A stretch of 52,831 bases of DNA, filler included, from Streblomastix strix (GCA_008636045.1; 3 parts of 3 records of this genome joined end to end with filler, not necessarily neighbours in it), one strand, 5' to 3'; positions 12,301-26,508 are shown, numbered from the whole stretch's first letter. A program made the numbers and translations. Notes: a model not told the origin generated them from the sequence alone.

Positions 12301-15300
12301 CAATACAGGAATTGAAGTAGAAGGAATACCTGGTAGACAAGGTGATGAATATATTGGAACATGGGATAGATAATCCCTATAATCTACAGGATGTCTTAAG
12401 AATCCATAATAAGGAATTGGTTTGTGGTTATTATAGGAATGTCTATATGATTATGTCTATGAAGATCGAACAAAGAATTTTGGTGCTTTCTTCTGAATAA
12501 AAGTGTTTCCTCTGTCCATAACAGGAATTGATGATATTAAAACACGATCCAGAACAGATTTGGGATTCATTATGCAATTGTGAGATGGAATTGAAATGTA
12601 TTATTCAGGGAGTAATGAAATTGAATTTGAATCTTTAGAATTTATATTTAATGAGTCATTATTATTTGGAGAAGAACAATTTATTATGTCAAGATGAGGA
12701 ATATTGATTTAAGTTATTGAGTCAATTAGAATGTCCTTATCTTTTTCCATCTATTTCTATTATTGATGTTCATCTTCACAATTTTATTATTCAGTTTCAT
12801 TATTAGCCTTCTCAACCTAGTATTTATTTATTTATCTTTTAAATTATGAATATTCTCTTGATTGCTGTTATAATCCTTACATTTCAGAAGGAGAAGGCTA
12901 AAATAATGAAGGAAATAATCTCTTTGATCGATTTAGAGGTGATTCATGAAATAGAGAAGATGCATCTTCCATATGAAGAGTATATTTAGTATTATTAATA
13001 TACTATTTGATATTATTAGACTATATTCTGTTAATATTATATACAAAAGGTATCATTAATTATTTGTAATTTAACTTATTACTATTATTGTCTTTTAAAT
13101 TAATAATGGATTTAATGTTATCTAATGAAGATGAAGAAGCTGATTAAACTGTCTTTGATTAAATATTTGAATTTATTATATTTTCCATTCCTGCGCATCT
13201 ATGAGATGAATATAATAAAGAGCTCTGAGTTGATATATGACAATTAGAACATATAAACAAAGATTATGGGAATATGGGTAATATTGGTTTTAATGGGTTA
13301 AATGGTGATAATGGAAGAGGATTGTGTTGTTAGTTGTTATTATCTTTATTAGGTTAATTAATTAATGTTGAAGGAATGGTTGAATACTCTTTATAAAAGA
13401 GAGAGAAAACAGATTTAACGTTGGAAGGTAAATTAGAACCCGATTATAATTAATTGTGAATTTAATCATATAATTATGGGTTAGCATTTTTGCTTTCATA
13501 CTATGCATTGTCATTAGTTGGTGAGTTAATTTAATCTTCTTCTGTATCTACATTATCTTTCTGCATTATATCTTATTAATCAATTAATGATGGTTATTAT
13601 TTCATTTCTTTTGTTTATTTGTCCAACTTCAAATATTAATCAATCATAATCCTCATTTATTACACGCCCTGTAATATTGGAGTAAGTGTGTCTCCAAATG
13701 GAGAAGTAAACACTGAATGGAAAAGTCTGGGATGTGAATAAACAATTCGAAGTAGAGTCCGAAGAGCTCCATATCGACTCATTGTAACTGCAATTCGATG
13801 ATATTTCATGTTATTGTCCCCAATATTAAGTTTATTCTTTATTTAATCAATCTAATTTTAATTCCAATACTGTGTATAGTTTTAATTAAGATTCGATTCA
13901 TTATCTTTGTTGTAAGATGTATCAATTATGAAATGAGGAAGAATTGAGCTATTATAGGAATAGTCTATAATAAGAAGAACATCACATGAAATGAAAGTTT
14001 CCATTCCTTTCAATTCATCATCTGATTATTAATTATCTTACTTTTTAAGTAATGAATGAAATGTTTATGGGTCTTATATGTCCATATGAATAATTGAATT
14101 GAGTGGAATTTCAAATAAAAATCTTTGTGCGTGAAATGGTTTGAATATCTGATCATTAATTCTAGATTTGATTTGGTCTAATGCAAATATATCGTCTTTA
14201 ATGCTGTCTTCAATCTTCAATAAATTCTTTGGATCAGCAGAAACTTCCATTTTGAATCTTGTTTCTTTTATTTTATTCTCAACATCATCCAATACTCGAG
14301 ATAATGGAGCCACAGTTGGAACAGAACGAGTGAAATCTATTTCAGAAGATTAAGAGAAATGATTCATTTATTAATCAGTTTGTTCAGAATCCATCATAAT
14401 TATGGATCGTTAAGATTGAAGTTAGGATGAATTTGTTCTATTTAAATCATATTAATCTTCATTCCCTTCTTTTATTTCATCATTATCCTTTAATTGGTCT
14501 TATTTTAATGATATATATACTTCAATACGTAGAGATTCAATTACTTCAATATCTTCAATTCTATTCTTTATAATCCTTTTAACTTCTTCTTCTGTCCTAC
14601 ACAGTGTAGAAGAAGATGATGAGGCAACTGGAGCTGAAATATATTCTAATTATCTGATCATATCTTCATTAAGAATAGTATTTACATTACTCTGATTAAA
14701 TTAGATTGGTTGGTCATTGGTATTTTATTCTACTGTAATGTTCTTTATATTTTATTCATTCGAATATTCAATATAATTACATTCCAAGTCTCCATCTAAT
14801 GCATCTTTCTCCAATTCAATAAGAGCTTTCTATATTTCTGTTTCTTGCATCAATAGAGAATATCCATTGATTGCATTTTGATCATTATGATAATCTCCTT
14901 AATGAAATGGAACACTCAAACGAGTAGTTGAGTTTTAAGGATGGAATTTAGGATGGGTCTAATTGATTATTATTTGTTCTGCATTATAATGTTTCATTTA
15001 TTTGATTGGTGAAGGAAACCCCATTAAAGATTCAAAGCTATATTAAGCAATATCAAAATAATGCTTATTTTATAAATGTTTTGTTTGTTAATTATTCTTC
15101 TGAGAATGATTATATGAAGAAGAATATTTTTATTAATTGAATTAAGATGTTATATTGTATTAAATCTTTTATGTATTAATTGATCTCTTTCCTTTATCCT
15201 TCAAATGAATACTCTCTTTCTTACGTTACAATGACATACCAGCTTATAGGAGAGGTGATTAAGATCCAGATACAAATGAAAATGTTAGAAATATCCTTAT

Positions 15301-16314
15301 TTCATATTAATCTATTAATTAATGGTCATCATATGAATTAACATATTTAATACGAGAATCTAAGAGCTGCCAATCATTGATTGTTACAGAATGAATTGGA
15401 AGTGAAAGTTACTGTGTTATAATCTGAGCAGGGAGGCCTCCAATTGATCTTTTTGGGGGAACAGGAGGAAGAAGAATTGAGGATAAATGAGAAAATATAT
15501 TGTGTTATCCATTTGGCTTCCAATATGATGGTCTATATTATATATCCTGAAATAGAGCAGTTTGTTATGAATCTGGAGAGATCTATGGATTTAATAATTA
15601 TTTGAGTAATTTAAGAGATGAAATATATTCTTTGACTAGTGGACATATAAAAATAGAATTTCGAATATTTGGATCTGAATTAAACAAAGAAGAAACAATA
15701 TTTTAATTCATATGTTGTTGAATGATATCTTGAGTCTATTAAGAATTCTTTTATTCATCAGAGCAGATATTTTATTGGTCTTCAAAATAAGAATGAATTG
15801 ATCCAATTGATCTGGATTCCTCAAATAGAAAAGCATATTCATTTCTATCAGAAATAAAATCAAATATAAATCCGACTATATGTGGAAGATATTCTGAATC
15901 TATTAAACAGCAAATTCTCTTCCAAGTATTTATATGTTTTCATAATTAAATCAATGATGCATCTTCCATAATTAATTGAGAATTTGATTGTTATGGATTC
16001 ATATCAATTTAATTAAAATCAATAACAATAGTAGCCATATTTTCATGTCCTACAAAGGTTTGGCTCTCATAACAATCTAATAAATTGATCAATGAAGACT
16101 CATTAATTCGACATTTTGGTTCAATAATCAGAAAATCTAATAAATCTTTCTCTTTAATATTAAGTACAATAAGTTAATTACTCTGACACATTTATATCTA
16201 AATGGATAACTTATTGTTTTCCAAGAATATTCTAAGATTTTGTTAAATTGATTGATCTTAAGATATCAGTGATTCAATAATGATTGATTAAATAGGAATG
16301 TTTAGAATATCCAT
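9346..16314 (-). CDS. Large hypothetical protein (~2,322 aa) with a C-terminal Cys-rich region (CXC/tesmin-like motif plus a multi-CxxC zinc-binding domain)
   Basis: ATG at 16314 and TGA at 9348-9346 are in frame (6,969 nt). Track fragments 14074, 10516 and 9781 all lie in this frame. The C-terminal region contains CPCLLSGEPCSPACACSCCGNP and FKCRCQEPSFYSFCKNQVVSRVNQWHCIECNRCRDISVVHCKRCNNCSRETELPCEFC. Confidence 0.8.
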
Positions 16315-17277
16315 TACAAATTTTTGCTAAAAATTTATTTTCTTTGTATGAATTACAAAAAAAAAGATAAATTAAGAAAATTAAATATAGTAAAAAACTA
16401 AAATAAAATTATATAAGAGAATTAAAGATATAAATATGTTTGATAACAATTATGTTAATTGAAAACAAAAATTATCAAGATTATTAAGAAAATAAATAAA
16501 TTTCATTCAGATTAAGGAATGTGGCGTCGCTGAATTTATAAAATAGTTGAATTATAGAATTATTCTGGATACAAACAAAGATTTGTGGGAATATTAAAAT
16601 TACAAAGAGAGAGAATTATCGGATTTGGAAGGAAATCGATTTTAGTAATGAGGATGTTTATCTCGGCAGTGGTTGGGTTAAAGGGTTTAGAATATAAGAA
16701 AATAAAAGAGTTCACTGCAATGGGACGATTAAATATGCAAACATCTAATTATAATTCAACGATGTTTAACAGCGGATGAATTACTCAATTTATTATATTA
16801 TTGTTATTTTTATTTCTCAAATAATATATAATAATATATAATTATAGTTTCAGTGTGTTTGATGTGAATTAATACAATTTCAATAAATCTAAAAATAAAA
16901 TAAAAGTTTTATTATCCGAAAGTGAAGTACATTGAATCTGCAAAAGGGTCACGAGTATTTCATTTTATCAATTATCCAAGTTAATTCTCTTTTTATTAAT
17001 TTCAACTTCATTTTGACTCTTTGTCAGATAAAATCAAACTTTTTTCATTATTGCTATAAATCACGTTTATCCAACTCTACAACTCATTTCATTTAATTTC
17101 ATCACAAAATATAATCGAAACTGAAAATAATTTATTAAATTTTAATTTATTTTATTTATTTAACTTAAATCAATTTTATATTGAATGAATTTTCTCAAAA
17201 ATAAATAAACACCTAATTTTCATCGCCTTATTAATTAAACTCATTTTTATTTTCTTGTTTTATTTAGTAAATCATTT

Positions 17278-17555
17278 ATGTCGGAAGATTAATAACCAAT
17301 TTAAACAAGAATTGAAACAGTATCATCAGAAAAGGCATCACCGAAAATTCCAACCCTAAATTTTACCAAGGAAATTAAAATTGAAACTCCATTCCCCACT
17401 ATTGATTCACAACCTTTTAATTTCTCATCATACAACACAAATAACAACCCGCATGAATAATATTACAATAATGTGATTCTTCCTTCAAATCAGCTTCGTC
17501 TAATTCAACAAGGAATAACTGAGAACTGCATTTAAGGATTCCCTGTTGACAGTAC
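17278..17555 (+). CDS. Hypothetical protein, 5' fragment truncated at the contig end
   Basis: ATG follows a T-rich leader. The frame MSEDQQPIQTRIETVSSEKASPKIPTLNFTKEIKIETPFPTIDSQPFNF... is open under code 6 up to the gap, with higher GC than the flank. It is divergent from the 16314 gene. Confidence 0.6.
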
Positions 17556-17655
17556 NNNNNNNNNNNNNNNNNNNNNNNNNNNNNNNNNNNNNNNNNNNNT
17601 TAATTAATTAANNNNNNNNNNNNNNNNNNNNNNNNNNNNNNNNNNNNNNNNNNNN
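17556..17655. other. Artificial contig-joining spacer (N44-TTAATTAATTAA-N44)
   Basis: A 100-nt N block with a central palindromic six-frame-stop linker, identical to the block at 35196-35295. Confidence 0.97.
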
Positions 17656-20600
17656 GTATAAACAATTGAAATGTTTTAAGAGCTTTTTCATCTATTGAAA
17701 TATAAAGTTCATTTATCAAATATGAGTCAATTTAACCTGTTTTATATGATTTGTCATCAAATTTTACCTATTTATAATCATATGTTAAATTCGGGAGATA
17801 GAACATTGTTGACATAACTTATTTTCTTACTAATATTTATAATTTAGTCGATTAATCGAATTTATTTATACAATATAGAACTGTATTCAATTTAATAATA
17901 AGTAGTTACTGTATCAAATATGTTTAATTACAGTTAATTAATTAAAGAAAATGGTTTGAACGAAAAGAAAAAATAAAAAATTTCATATATTGCTAATTAA
18001 CATCATAATTTCTTTATGAACTTCTCTCACATCTGCGGACGATATTTCATTTAGATCCATTGTGCTAAAATTTTTGAAAACGATAAATTTGGCTTTAAAA
18101 GTACAAATGATTATTTTTGTGTTTAATGCATATTTATATACTATGATATGTTACGCACAAGAATTTAGTAGTTTGGACTTAATAGCATATCACCAGAGGC
18201 TGGAATAGATCAACTTTATAAAGGGATTTATTAAGGAAAAAATATTATCAAGAATAATAATACATAAAATTATTAAAAATATACTAAAATGCAATTATAA
18301 ATCATTCTTCCAATATCCAAACATATTTTTGAATTGAATGTATAGAAAAAAAATTTTCCGCAAAACTGCTTCTGACTTTCGATCAAAGCTGTCGCGGCTT
18401 CTGTTGTTTCTTAGTTGAACAATATTAATGTGTTTATATTTTTTAATCAAAATTATTTAATATTTATCTATTCAAATTAAATTTAATGAATATGCTACGT
18501 AAGGAGAACATGAGCAAACAAAATTGAATTTTTTGGCAAAAATATCTGAATTTATGTTAAAATAATAGAAATCCATTGTTTATATTCAGGTATACATATT
18601 TCATTTACTTGTAAAATACATTAATTCTTCCATTCCACTTTTATTTGTTAGTTTTCTCAAAATCTAGATCATAACTTATCATGCAACAGTATATTTCTAG
18701 ATCAAATATACTATATGAATGTATTATATTAGGGCTTGTACAAGCAATTTGGGACCAGCATGATCAAATCATCATGTTTATTTAACGGCAATAAACTTGT
18801 AATTTCAAGATAAATAAAATGAAACATAAGCTCTATAGAAAATTTTTGAGTATAATTTAACATCAATAATACATAATTTTATATTAACTATTAATAAAAA
18901 TATCTTTTTGAAGTTTTAACTTTTTCTCAAGATGATTATTTGTACATTTTTGCAATTTTCAAAAATTTTAGATCATTATCAATGTTTCTTTTTTTACTTC
19001 ATGTGAACAAATTTAATATTAATCACATTATAAATTCATCATAATAACATTTAAATTAAATTATTTTAGCATTTAATATTGTTACTTCAATTTTAGTTCA
19101 TGAAAAACTATAAATAAAACAAGATCGAAATAAATATAAATTTTGAATTTTTTAAATCAATATTTCTGAAATGTAGCAAAACAACAATATTTTTCAAATC
19201 AATTATGGTTCAGAGAAGATAAAATGAACAGATTCTTTATATATACTTGTCTTCGCTAACTATATCTATTAACCATTTGCAAATTATTCGTTCAAGTAAT
19301 ATTTTCTCCTCAAATACAGATGAATATCATCTGGAGGAAAGAGAAATTTACTTAACATTTTATTGTTATATTTCAAATGGAGAATTATCATCAATAGTTC
19401 TTTATAATGAAAGCGTTGTAACATCTGAACTTAAAGATATTTGTTTATCACAAAAATTAAAATCAATAATATATTCATAAATATTCTTTTAAATCGGATT
19501 TTGACTCATCTTTAAGTTGTTTCTATATAAGAGATTCAATAGCATTAAACGCCATAGTTAATATATAAGGATTAATTATGCTAATTTTTTCTATCAACGC
19601 TAAAGTTATTGAAATAATTATTTCGAATTGCTTTTGTTATATATAATAACTAAAAAAAATTATTGAGTTTCTTTACCATTTGATAGATTTTAATTTAGAA
19701 TTAAAGGCAATAGGTCTATTTTCACATAAATTTCAGTAATTATTTCGAATAATTCTTTATTAAGTAATTTATATAGATTAACAAAAAATGCAATAATTAC
19801 TTTATATTTTCGAGTCAATTAATAAAATTTTGCAAGATGAATATGATAATATAAAAACAATATTTAAACTATATATATTTTAATAAATACTTACTAAATA
19901 TGTTTACAAAAGATAAAAAAGAAATTATCTTAATAACTTTGAATTTATTATCATTATTAAATCCTGATATTTTACATTATAAGTATTCTATTTGTTACTA
20001 AATTTCCCAAATTTTAATTAAGATAACTAAATAATTGCATAATATGTGTATTATTATAACTATTGCATAAAAAATTAAATCGATTTTTTTTTAGAAATCT
20101 TGAAAATTTTTCTTAAAATTTTGAATTAATGTGTCATATAAAATGAAATGAAATTAATTTCAAATAGATTTTATGATTTTACGATAATGATTATAAGAAA
20201 GTAAATTATTTTGACAAAACAGAATTTTATTTTAAATCAATCTATACGAATTTTTTTTCATATAAATTAAAATCTAAATAAAATATTTTATTTTTATTTA
20301 CTTGTATAAATTTTAACTAACAATTATTTTGTAATTTCGTTATTCATTTTGCCATTTCACAAATTTGAATTTAGAAATAATCATATTTTCAATAAAATCC
20401 AATTCTTTGAAAACATGTCGCTCATCGATTTGAAATAGCTTAACCTATTTTGCAAATGCTTACTGTACGAGCTCCAGTCATTCGATACCAGTCATAAGTT
20501 CCAGAACAAAACAATAATATTTCAATTAAAATTTTTATTATTCATCAATATATATATAGTTCAATGTTTCCAAATACAAATTTTCGAACTTCTATTCTTT

Positions 20601-21361
20601 ATTTCTTTACACTATTCCATACTTGCATATTTTCAAAAAAAATTTGTATAAAACTCTAGTTATAACTCATAGACATTGCGGCATTGAGTTAGATTCAAGA
20701 TATTTCCATATTATTATGCAACCTGCTCACAGAGAGAATGCTTACTAGAAATATAATAAAAAATTTAATAATTAAATTATTATTACATTTTGTACTTATG
20801 GATAAAAAAATCAGACTTCTCACTAAGATCCATACAATTTGGATTTAATAAATAAATTTCTTTTAAACTAACAACAATTTGAAAATTAGAAGTGATAAAA
20901 AATATTTTTAGTTTTAATTCTTTATTAAAATATTTATATTTTTATCGTCTACGTAATATATCCACTCGTCGGACTATAGGGATCTAGACGAATATGGGTT
21001 TGATTATATATATAGTGCATATAGTTAAAGAAAATAATAATGAATGAATTAGAACGGTTGCCTGATTAAAAAGTTAAAATTATTTATATACATTTAAAAG
21101 AAGTATTTTCAAAAAATTTTAATCATAAATTTTTAGGTATAAATATGCGGAAAAAATTTAGTGTATAAATGTTATTTATATTTAATAATTATAATTCGTA
21201 TTAGGTGCACATAAATCTAATAATATTCCAGAAAGTTTATTTTTAATCATTTTCATAATAAATTAATTATTGGATAAATTTAATTCCGAGCTTTGTTTTG
21301 AATTTAAACATTTTCGTTTAAAATTATATTTTAAAATATATAGTAAGTTTAGATTAGAACC

Positions 21362-21728
21362 ATATTTAAAAATTAATTTCCATTAATCAAAGAATTATAA
21401 TCAATTCATTAATTATTTATATATTTCATAATTTTAGTATTCTTTTTATTCTTATCTTTAATTAAAAATTTTACAGCAATTAACTATAAATTCAATTAAT
21501 ATTAACTATTCAAAACACGAAAGTTAAAGAAATAAAATTCAATATACAAATTTAAAAATAATAATTCATTAAAATATACCAATATGAATTTTATTAGTAA
21601 TAAATTATAAAAATAATAACTTTAGGAATGGCAAATAATTCTTGAGGCGAATGGTTGGTAGTATCGATCAGAGTTTTATTGATAAACAAATATATGTTAA
21701 ATTTTTAAAATTATACTTTAATTTATAT
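21362..21728 (+). repeat. ~367-bp direct repeat, copy 1 (copy 2 at 31255-31621)
   Basis: Colinear match including AATTCAATTAATATTAACTATTCAAAACACGAAAGTT and GGTAGTATCGATCAGAGTTTTATTGATAAACAAATATATG, with scattered substitutions. Confidence 0.9.
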
Positions 21729-22301
21729 GCTCCGTTTCATAAGTTGGTTAAAAAAATTCACTTTATGCTTTGAGTCATACAATTTCCTGGTTATATATTA
21801 GTTATTGAATATGATAATATATATGTATGTATCATTGTACCCTTTAATGAAATTTAAAAAAATCATATATGTATCTATTACTCTAATTAAGAAACATCAA
21901 CTTCAGTGAGTCACTATCTAAATTGAAATGTCGCATAAGTTGGTTTTTGATATTGATAAATTATTTAATAAGAAATATCTAAATTTGTTTATTATTTTAT
22001 ATACAGTTATAATTTGATATGAAGGTATTATTAAAATAGTAATAATCAATTTATAATTATTATTATTAAAAAATATATCGTAATTGTTTTAAAAAAATTT
22101 ATTGAAAAAATTAGATATATTTATTTAAAAAATATTATTTAAGTATATCTTCAAATTCTGTTCAACAGTAAAATTAAAATTTAATATTTATTTAATATAA
22201 TATATCTAAGTTTATTGTAATAATTCATAATTGAAGTTATAATTTAGAAAAAATATTTTAATAAATTTTTGAAATATTATTAAATTTTTTATTAATTTGT
22301 A

Positions 22302-23166
22302 CAGGGCGTCTATTAATCCCATCCGAGGTCTCTGGGGAAAGGTATGAAATGAATCAAATGTTATTTATTATATAAATATATATGTGTGATCACATACATG
22401 ATATAAAATTAAAATGAATATAAATCGATATTTATTTAAAAAGTTATGACCATTATACATATTTTGAAAATAAGAAAATTCAGTAAATTTTTATAATTTA
22501 CCTAAAATCTTTTTATTTTTGCATTTGATTGATATATTAATTATATATATGTACTATATATGTCACTATGATATAAATAAATATGCTAATGCGTAAAAAG
22601 CAATACTTTTAAATTTCTCGATAATAAAGACTTTTTATCATAATTTTTAATTGGAAAATTTCAATAAAAATAGAATAAACTTTTTTAACTATATAACCAA
22701 TAATATATATTTAATTTTTATAATATTAGTCGTATAAAATCTAAAAATAATTATTTAATAAAAATTAAATATATAATGTATTTAAAAAGTTAAGTCTCTT
22801 TCTATTGAAATTTTCCAATTAAAAATTATGATAAAAAGTCTTTATTATCGAGAAATTTAAAAGTATTGCTTTTTACGCATTAGCATATTTATTTATATCA
22901 TAGTAACATATATAGTACATATATATAATTATTATATCAATCAAATAAAAAATTAAAAAGATTTAGGTAAATTATAAAAATTTACTGAATTTTCTTATTT
23001 TCAAAATATGTATAATGGTCATAACTTTTTAAATAAATATCGATTTATATTCATTTTAATTTTATATCATCTACATGGTTATACGTATATATTCATATAA
23101 TAAATAACATTTGATTCATTTCATACCTTTCCCCAGAGACCTCGGATGGGATTAATAGACGCCCTG
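22302..23166. mobile_element. Non-autonomous long-TIR DNA transposon (MITE/foldback), Tc1/mariner-like, 865 bp
   Basis: It starts CAGGGCGTCTATTAATCCCATCCGAGGTCTCTGGGGAAAGGTATG and ends with the exact reverse complement. The arms match for about 365 bp with few mismatches, there is TA on both sides (TSD), and there is no coding capacity. Confidence 0.9.
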
Positions 23167-23386
23167 TAATTGATTAATTTGATAATCCAAAATAGCTTTT
23201 GGTATTATATAATTATTATAAATAAATTTAAATTTAATTCAAAATCAAAAAATCCATAAAAATAAAATTAATTTTAAATTAAAATAAATTAATATTTTTT
23301 TAAATTTAATAAGATTTTAAAATTTTTTTTCTATTATTTTTAAAATAACAATATATAAATATCTTCCATTTTTTCTCCTCTATCAA

Positions 23387-23824
23387 ATGATATACTAAAC
23401 AATGATATATTCAATAATTTAGAAAATTGATGATTGAAATATAATAGTCAAATAGGCGATCCAAAGTCAAATAGGCGATTTATAACCTTTTACTCCATTT
23501 GACTTAAATGCCTTTAAGATCTATATTATTGATGATACTATTAATAAATTAGTTATGTTCAATATACATTTAAGATAGAAAGTGTTTATTGAAGCTAAAT
23601 AATATGTTCTTAGTATGAGTGTGTCAATTGATCCAAAAAGGACATTATTGTTCCCTATTATGAAATTATATGATTTCAACACTGATCCCATTTAAGATAT
23701 TCCATCCGCATATCTCACAGTTGCTGATACAGATAATCCTGTTCGTTGGCATATTCATATATCATCAGAATTAAAAGCTGATAAGTTTGTTAATTATTAT
23801 ATCAGTGGCTGTTATTTCGAATGA
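23387..23824 (+). pseudogene. Degraded beta-rich viral ORF, possibly a fibre/receptor-binding C-terminal domain
   Basis: The frame reads ...FKIYIIDDTINKLVMFNIHLRQKVFIEAKQYVLSMSVSIDPKRTLLFPIMK...WHIHISSELKADKFVNYYISGCYFE*. The 5' end has an in-frame TGA near 23435 and a 15-bp duplication (AGTCAAATAGGCGAT x2). Function is a guess. Confidence 0.4.
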
Positions 23825-23956
23825 GCAACTCTGTTGCTGAAACCATAGGTTTGAGTTTCACTAAGCTAAAGCAAACGAAACAGACAATAAACGTGTTTAC
23901 TTTGTTTGAACTTAATACGAATCAGCATCTAAAGATACTTATTTTTTGTAAATAAA

Positions 23957-24364
23957 ATGGCTAGTATCTTTCATAAAATCAAATAGATAGCGCAAAAAAT
24001 TGGAGAAGGAGCTAACTGGGCAAATTAACATATATATAAAAAATTTTAACAATTTATTAATTCATTGGCAGCACCTATAGTAATTAAAGGGTTATAAGCT
24101 GCGTCAAGTGGTTTAGATGCAATATATGCAAATAATGTTTAAGACAGAATAGTGAACTTGGCTAATTTTAGAAATGATGTGGGGAATTTCATTGATGAAC
24201 CTAGAGTGGGATAGTCAATTGAAAATAATAGATACATAAGACTTAATCCGAATGTCTCAACAAATATAAATAGAAGTTTGGGAACTCATCTTGCGATTCC
24301 AAGTAATTAAACTGTAAATGGTTCTCCGTATAGAATTCAAGAAGTTGGTGAAGACGATTTTTGA
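23957..24364 (+). CDS. Viral 135-aa protein with an N-terminal amphipathic helix, directly upstream of the capsid gene
   Basis: AAAATG start, open in code 6 to TGA: MASIFHKIKQIAQKIGEGANWANQHIYKKFQQFINSLAAPIVIKGLQAASSGLDAIYANN...QEVGEDDF*. Confidence 0.7.
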
Positions 24365-24461
24365 AAATGATGAGTTTTTTAGTCAAAAAATCCCAATAAA
24401 TGTTGTGTTTCAAACTTGAACTTACTACATATAATTAGTTTATTTTTGCTTCAAATAAAAC

Positions 24462-26174
24462 ATGAACCGCTTTCTCAATAAGTCAAAATATTTGCAATAA
24501 CTCGGTACTATCGAAGCAAGATTAAAATGTAATTCTGTTGATGCATTTAGAAATGATGGAGAACACCATTATTCAATCAAAGAAATCAAGCCTGAGAGTT
24601 AAATGCCAGCATTATTCGATAAGGAAATTTTAATTAGCTTGTCTGACTCTGATCATGATGTAACATAAATTCAAAATTCATTCCTTTCAATAGTACTTAC
24701 AGCTAATGTACAGTTTGATAACAAATTTGAAGGATTTGAAGAATGTTATAAAGATGAAACTGTATTATTCATTAGATTAAAATCAGCTAGTTAAGTTATA
24801 AGAGAATACACTATTTATCATAGAGGAATAACCATTGATGGAACGTTGTAGAATGATTCAACTACTGAATAATTTATCTATAACACTGTTAAACCGCGAA
24901 GTGAAAAAAATAATAGAAAACACATTCATTCATTGTATGAAAATATTCATAAATTTGATGCATCATCTTGTGGAACTTATGTTACAATAAGAGAGATTGA
25001 AGAAGCTATTAAAGATCAAGTTTCTATTCTTCACACTATGTTTATAAGATTTAGATTATCAATTCCATTAGATGATATCCTTGTATTTAGTGGGTTTACT
25101 GACTATCCTAATTCACTATTCGGTGATCTTAAAATATAATTTAAAATTAATCTTAATGCATTCGTATTTGCATAAGTGAATCCAATTATCAGTATGGCTA
25201 AATACTACACTATGAATAAGACTAATCTTATGGCTATCGGACCTGATAAATTGAAGAATATTGATCTACTCTTTAGAAATTGGAGTTTGGGATATCAATA
25301 TACAAAGTAATTTACCCAAATGGGATGTACAGCAGATCTTATTACAAAAATAAGTATTGAATAAATTACAGATAGTTGAGTGAAGAATTTGATGTGTAGT
25401 ATTAATCCAGTGACATTATCAATAAGGAATTACGTTGTAACTGAAGTGACTGCAAATATGAGTAGTTATAAGGTAACAGATGACTGTTTATAAAGAGTTC
25501 GTGAATTCTATGCTAATAGACCATTTGTTGTACCTTCATAGAGAGTTGAAGCATGGTCATTTCCAACAAGTGCAACAACAACAGGAATAAGAACTTCATA
25601 AAATATTCCATTATCTCATGTTACTGATTTATGCTTGCAATTTTTTAAAGATGTAAGAGTAACAACTTATTACGAAAATTTATGCTATCATAATATGCAA
25701 GTTACTACTTGTGGAAGAAATTTCCCTGATATGCCAATGAATGCGTTAGATTAATAATTCTTCTAAATGTAATTGAATGCAAGTAATCTAGATCTGTTAT
25801 TCGATGCAACTGATTAATTCGAAGATGCTCTCACAACACCAAGAAACACTGCTTCAAGGAGATTGAATCCTCACACTGATCTGACTTCTTTCATGATCAC
25901 TTTATAATGTGAACGTAATAGCAATGTTGCACTAACATTTGATGGATTAGATACAAATAATTAAAATGTGTCAGTGGAGTTAAGAGGAGGACCTATTTAT
26001 TAAGGTAATACAGATTGTTATTATAATGTTGATCTAATGGGTAAGAGACCACTTCCAATAATTAAATGCACAATTCATGAAACATTCTGGCTATTTGGAC
26101 CTGCTAACGGAGGTACATGTGTTTATAATGTTAATAACACATTTGATGAAGTGATAAGTTAAATTGAAGGATGA
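24462..26174 (+). pseudogene. Putative major capsid protein (double jelly-roll) of a metamonad Polinton-like virus, one premature TGA
   Basis: A 571-codon frame, MNRFLNKSKYLQQLGTIEARLK...FRLSIPLDDILVFSGFTDYPNSLFGDLKI...RPFVVPSQRVEAWSFPTSATT...CERNSNVALTFDGLDT...ETFWLFGPANGGTCVY...QIEG*, with a single in-frame TGA at 25377-25379 (codon 306). Size, beta-rich composition and linkage to a packaging ATPase support the call. Confidence 0.72.
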
Positions 26175-26220
26175 AAAATTAATTTTAATAAATATTTTTT
26201 ATTTTTTTATCTAATCTAAA

Positions 26221-26508
26221 ATGGATTACAAAATAGTATATATAAATAATGAAAATGAGGTAACATTGACAAGTAATATCCCGTATGATAATTATGAAAT
26301 GCTTTAGATAAATAGTTGGTAATTATTCTTAACAGATGATCAAATCGATGATTACAGAGCTAATATTAAAATTGTCAATGACAAAGTTAAGTATTTTAAA
26401 TAAATGAAACAACTTAGTAATGATTAATGTCAGATATATAATACAAAGGTAGCATATGAAGCTGAAGAAGATAGATATATATAAAATGAAATTGATAATG
26501 ATTTTTGA
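26221..26508 (+). CDS. Viral hypothetical protein (95 aa), paralogue of 30512-30802
   Basis: AAAATG start, open to TGA: MDYKIVYINNENEVTLTSNIPYDNYEMLQINSWQLFLTDDQIDDYRANIKIV... Confidence 0.7.

Noticed and set aside
1231..16314. Interpreting the many TAA/TAG codons as pseudogenisation
   Set aside because: Start-to-TGA frames stay consistent over thousands of codons, which fits codon reassignment.
17556..17655. Palindromic TTAATTAATTAA within N runs (also 35196-35295) as a biological motif, or linkage of genes across it
   Set aside because: It is an artificial six-frame-stop linker. The flanking pieces are 17,555, 17,540 and 17,536 bp, consistent with size-sorted unrelated contigs, so no synteny can be inferred across it.
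20400..20780. Possible hAT C-terminal-like fragment on the minus strand (SKHSLCEQVAQQYGNIL)
   Set aside because: The similarity is too weak and short to support a call by eye.
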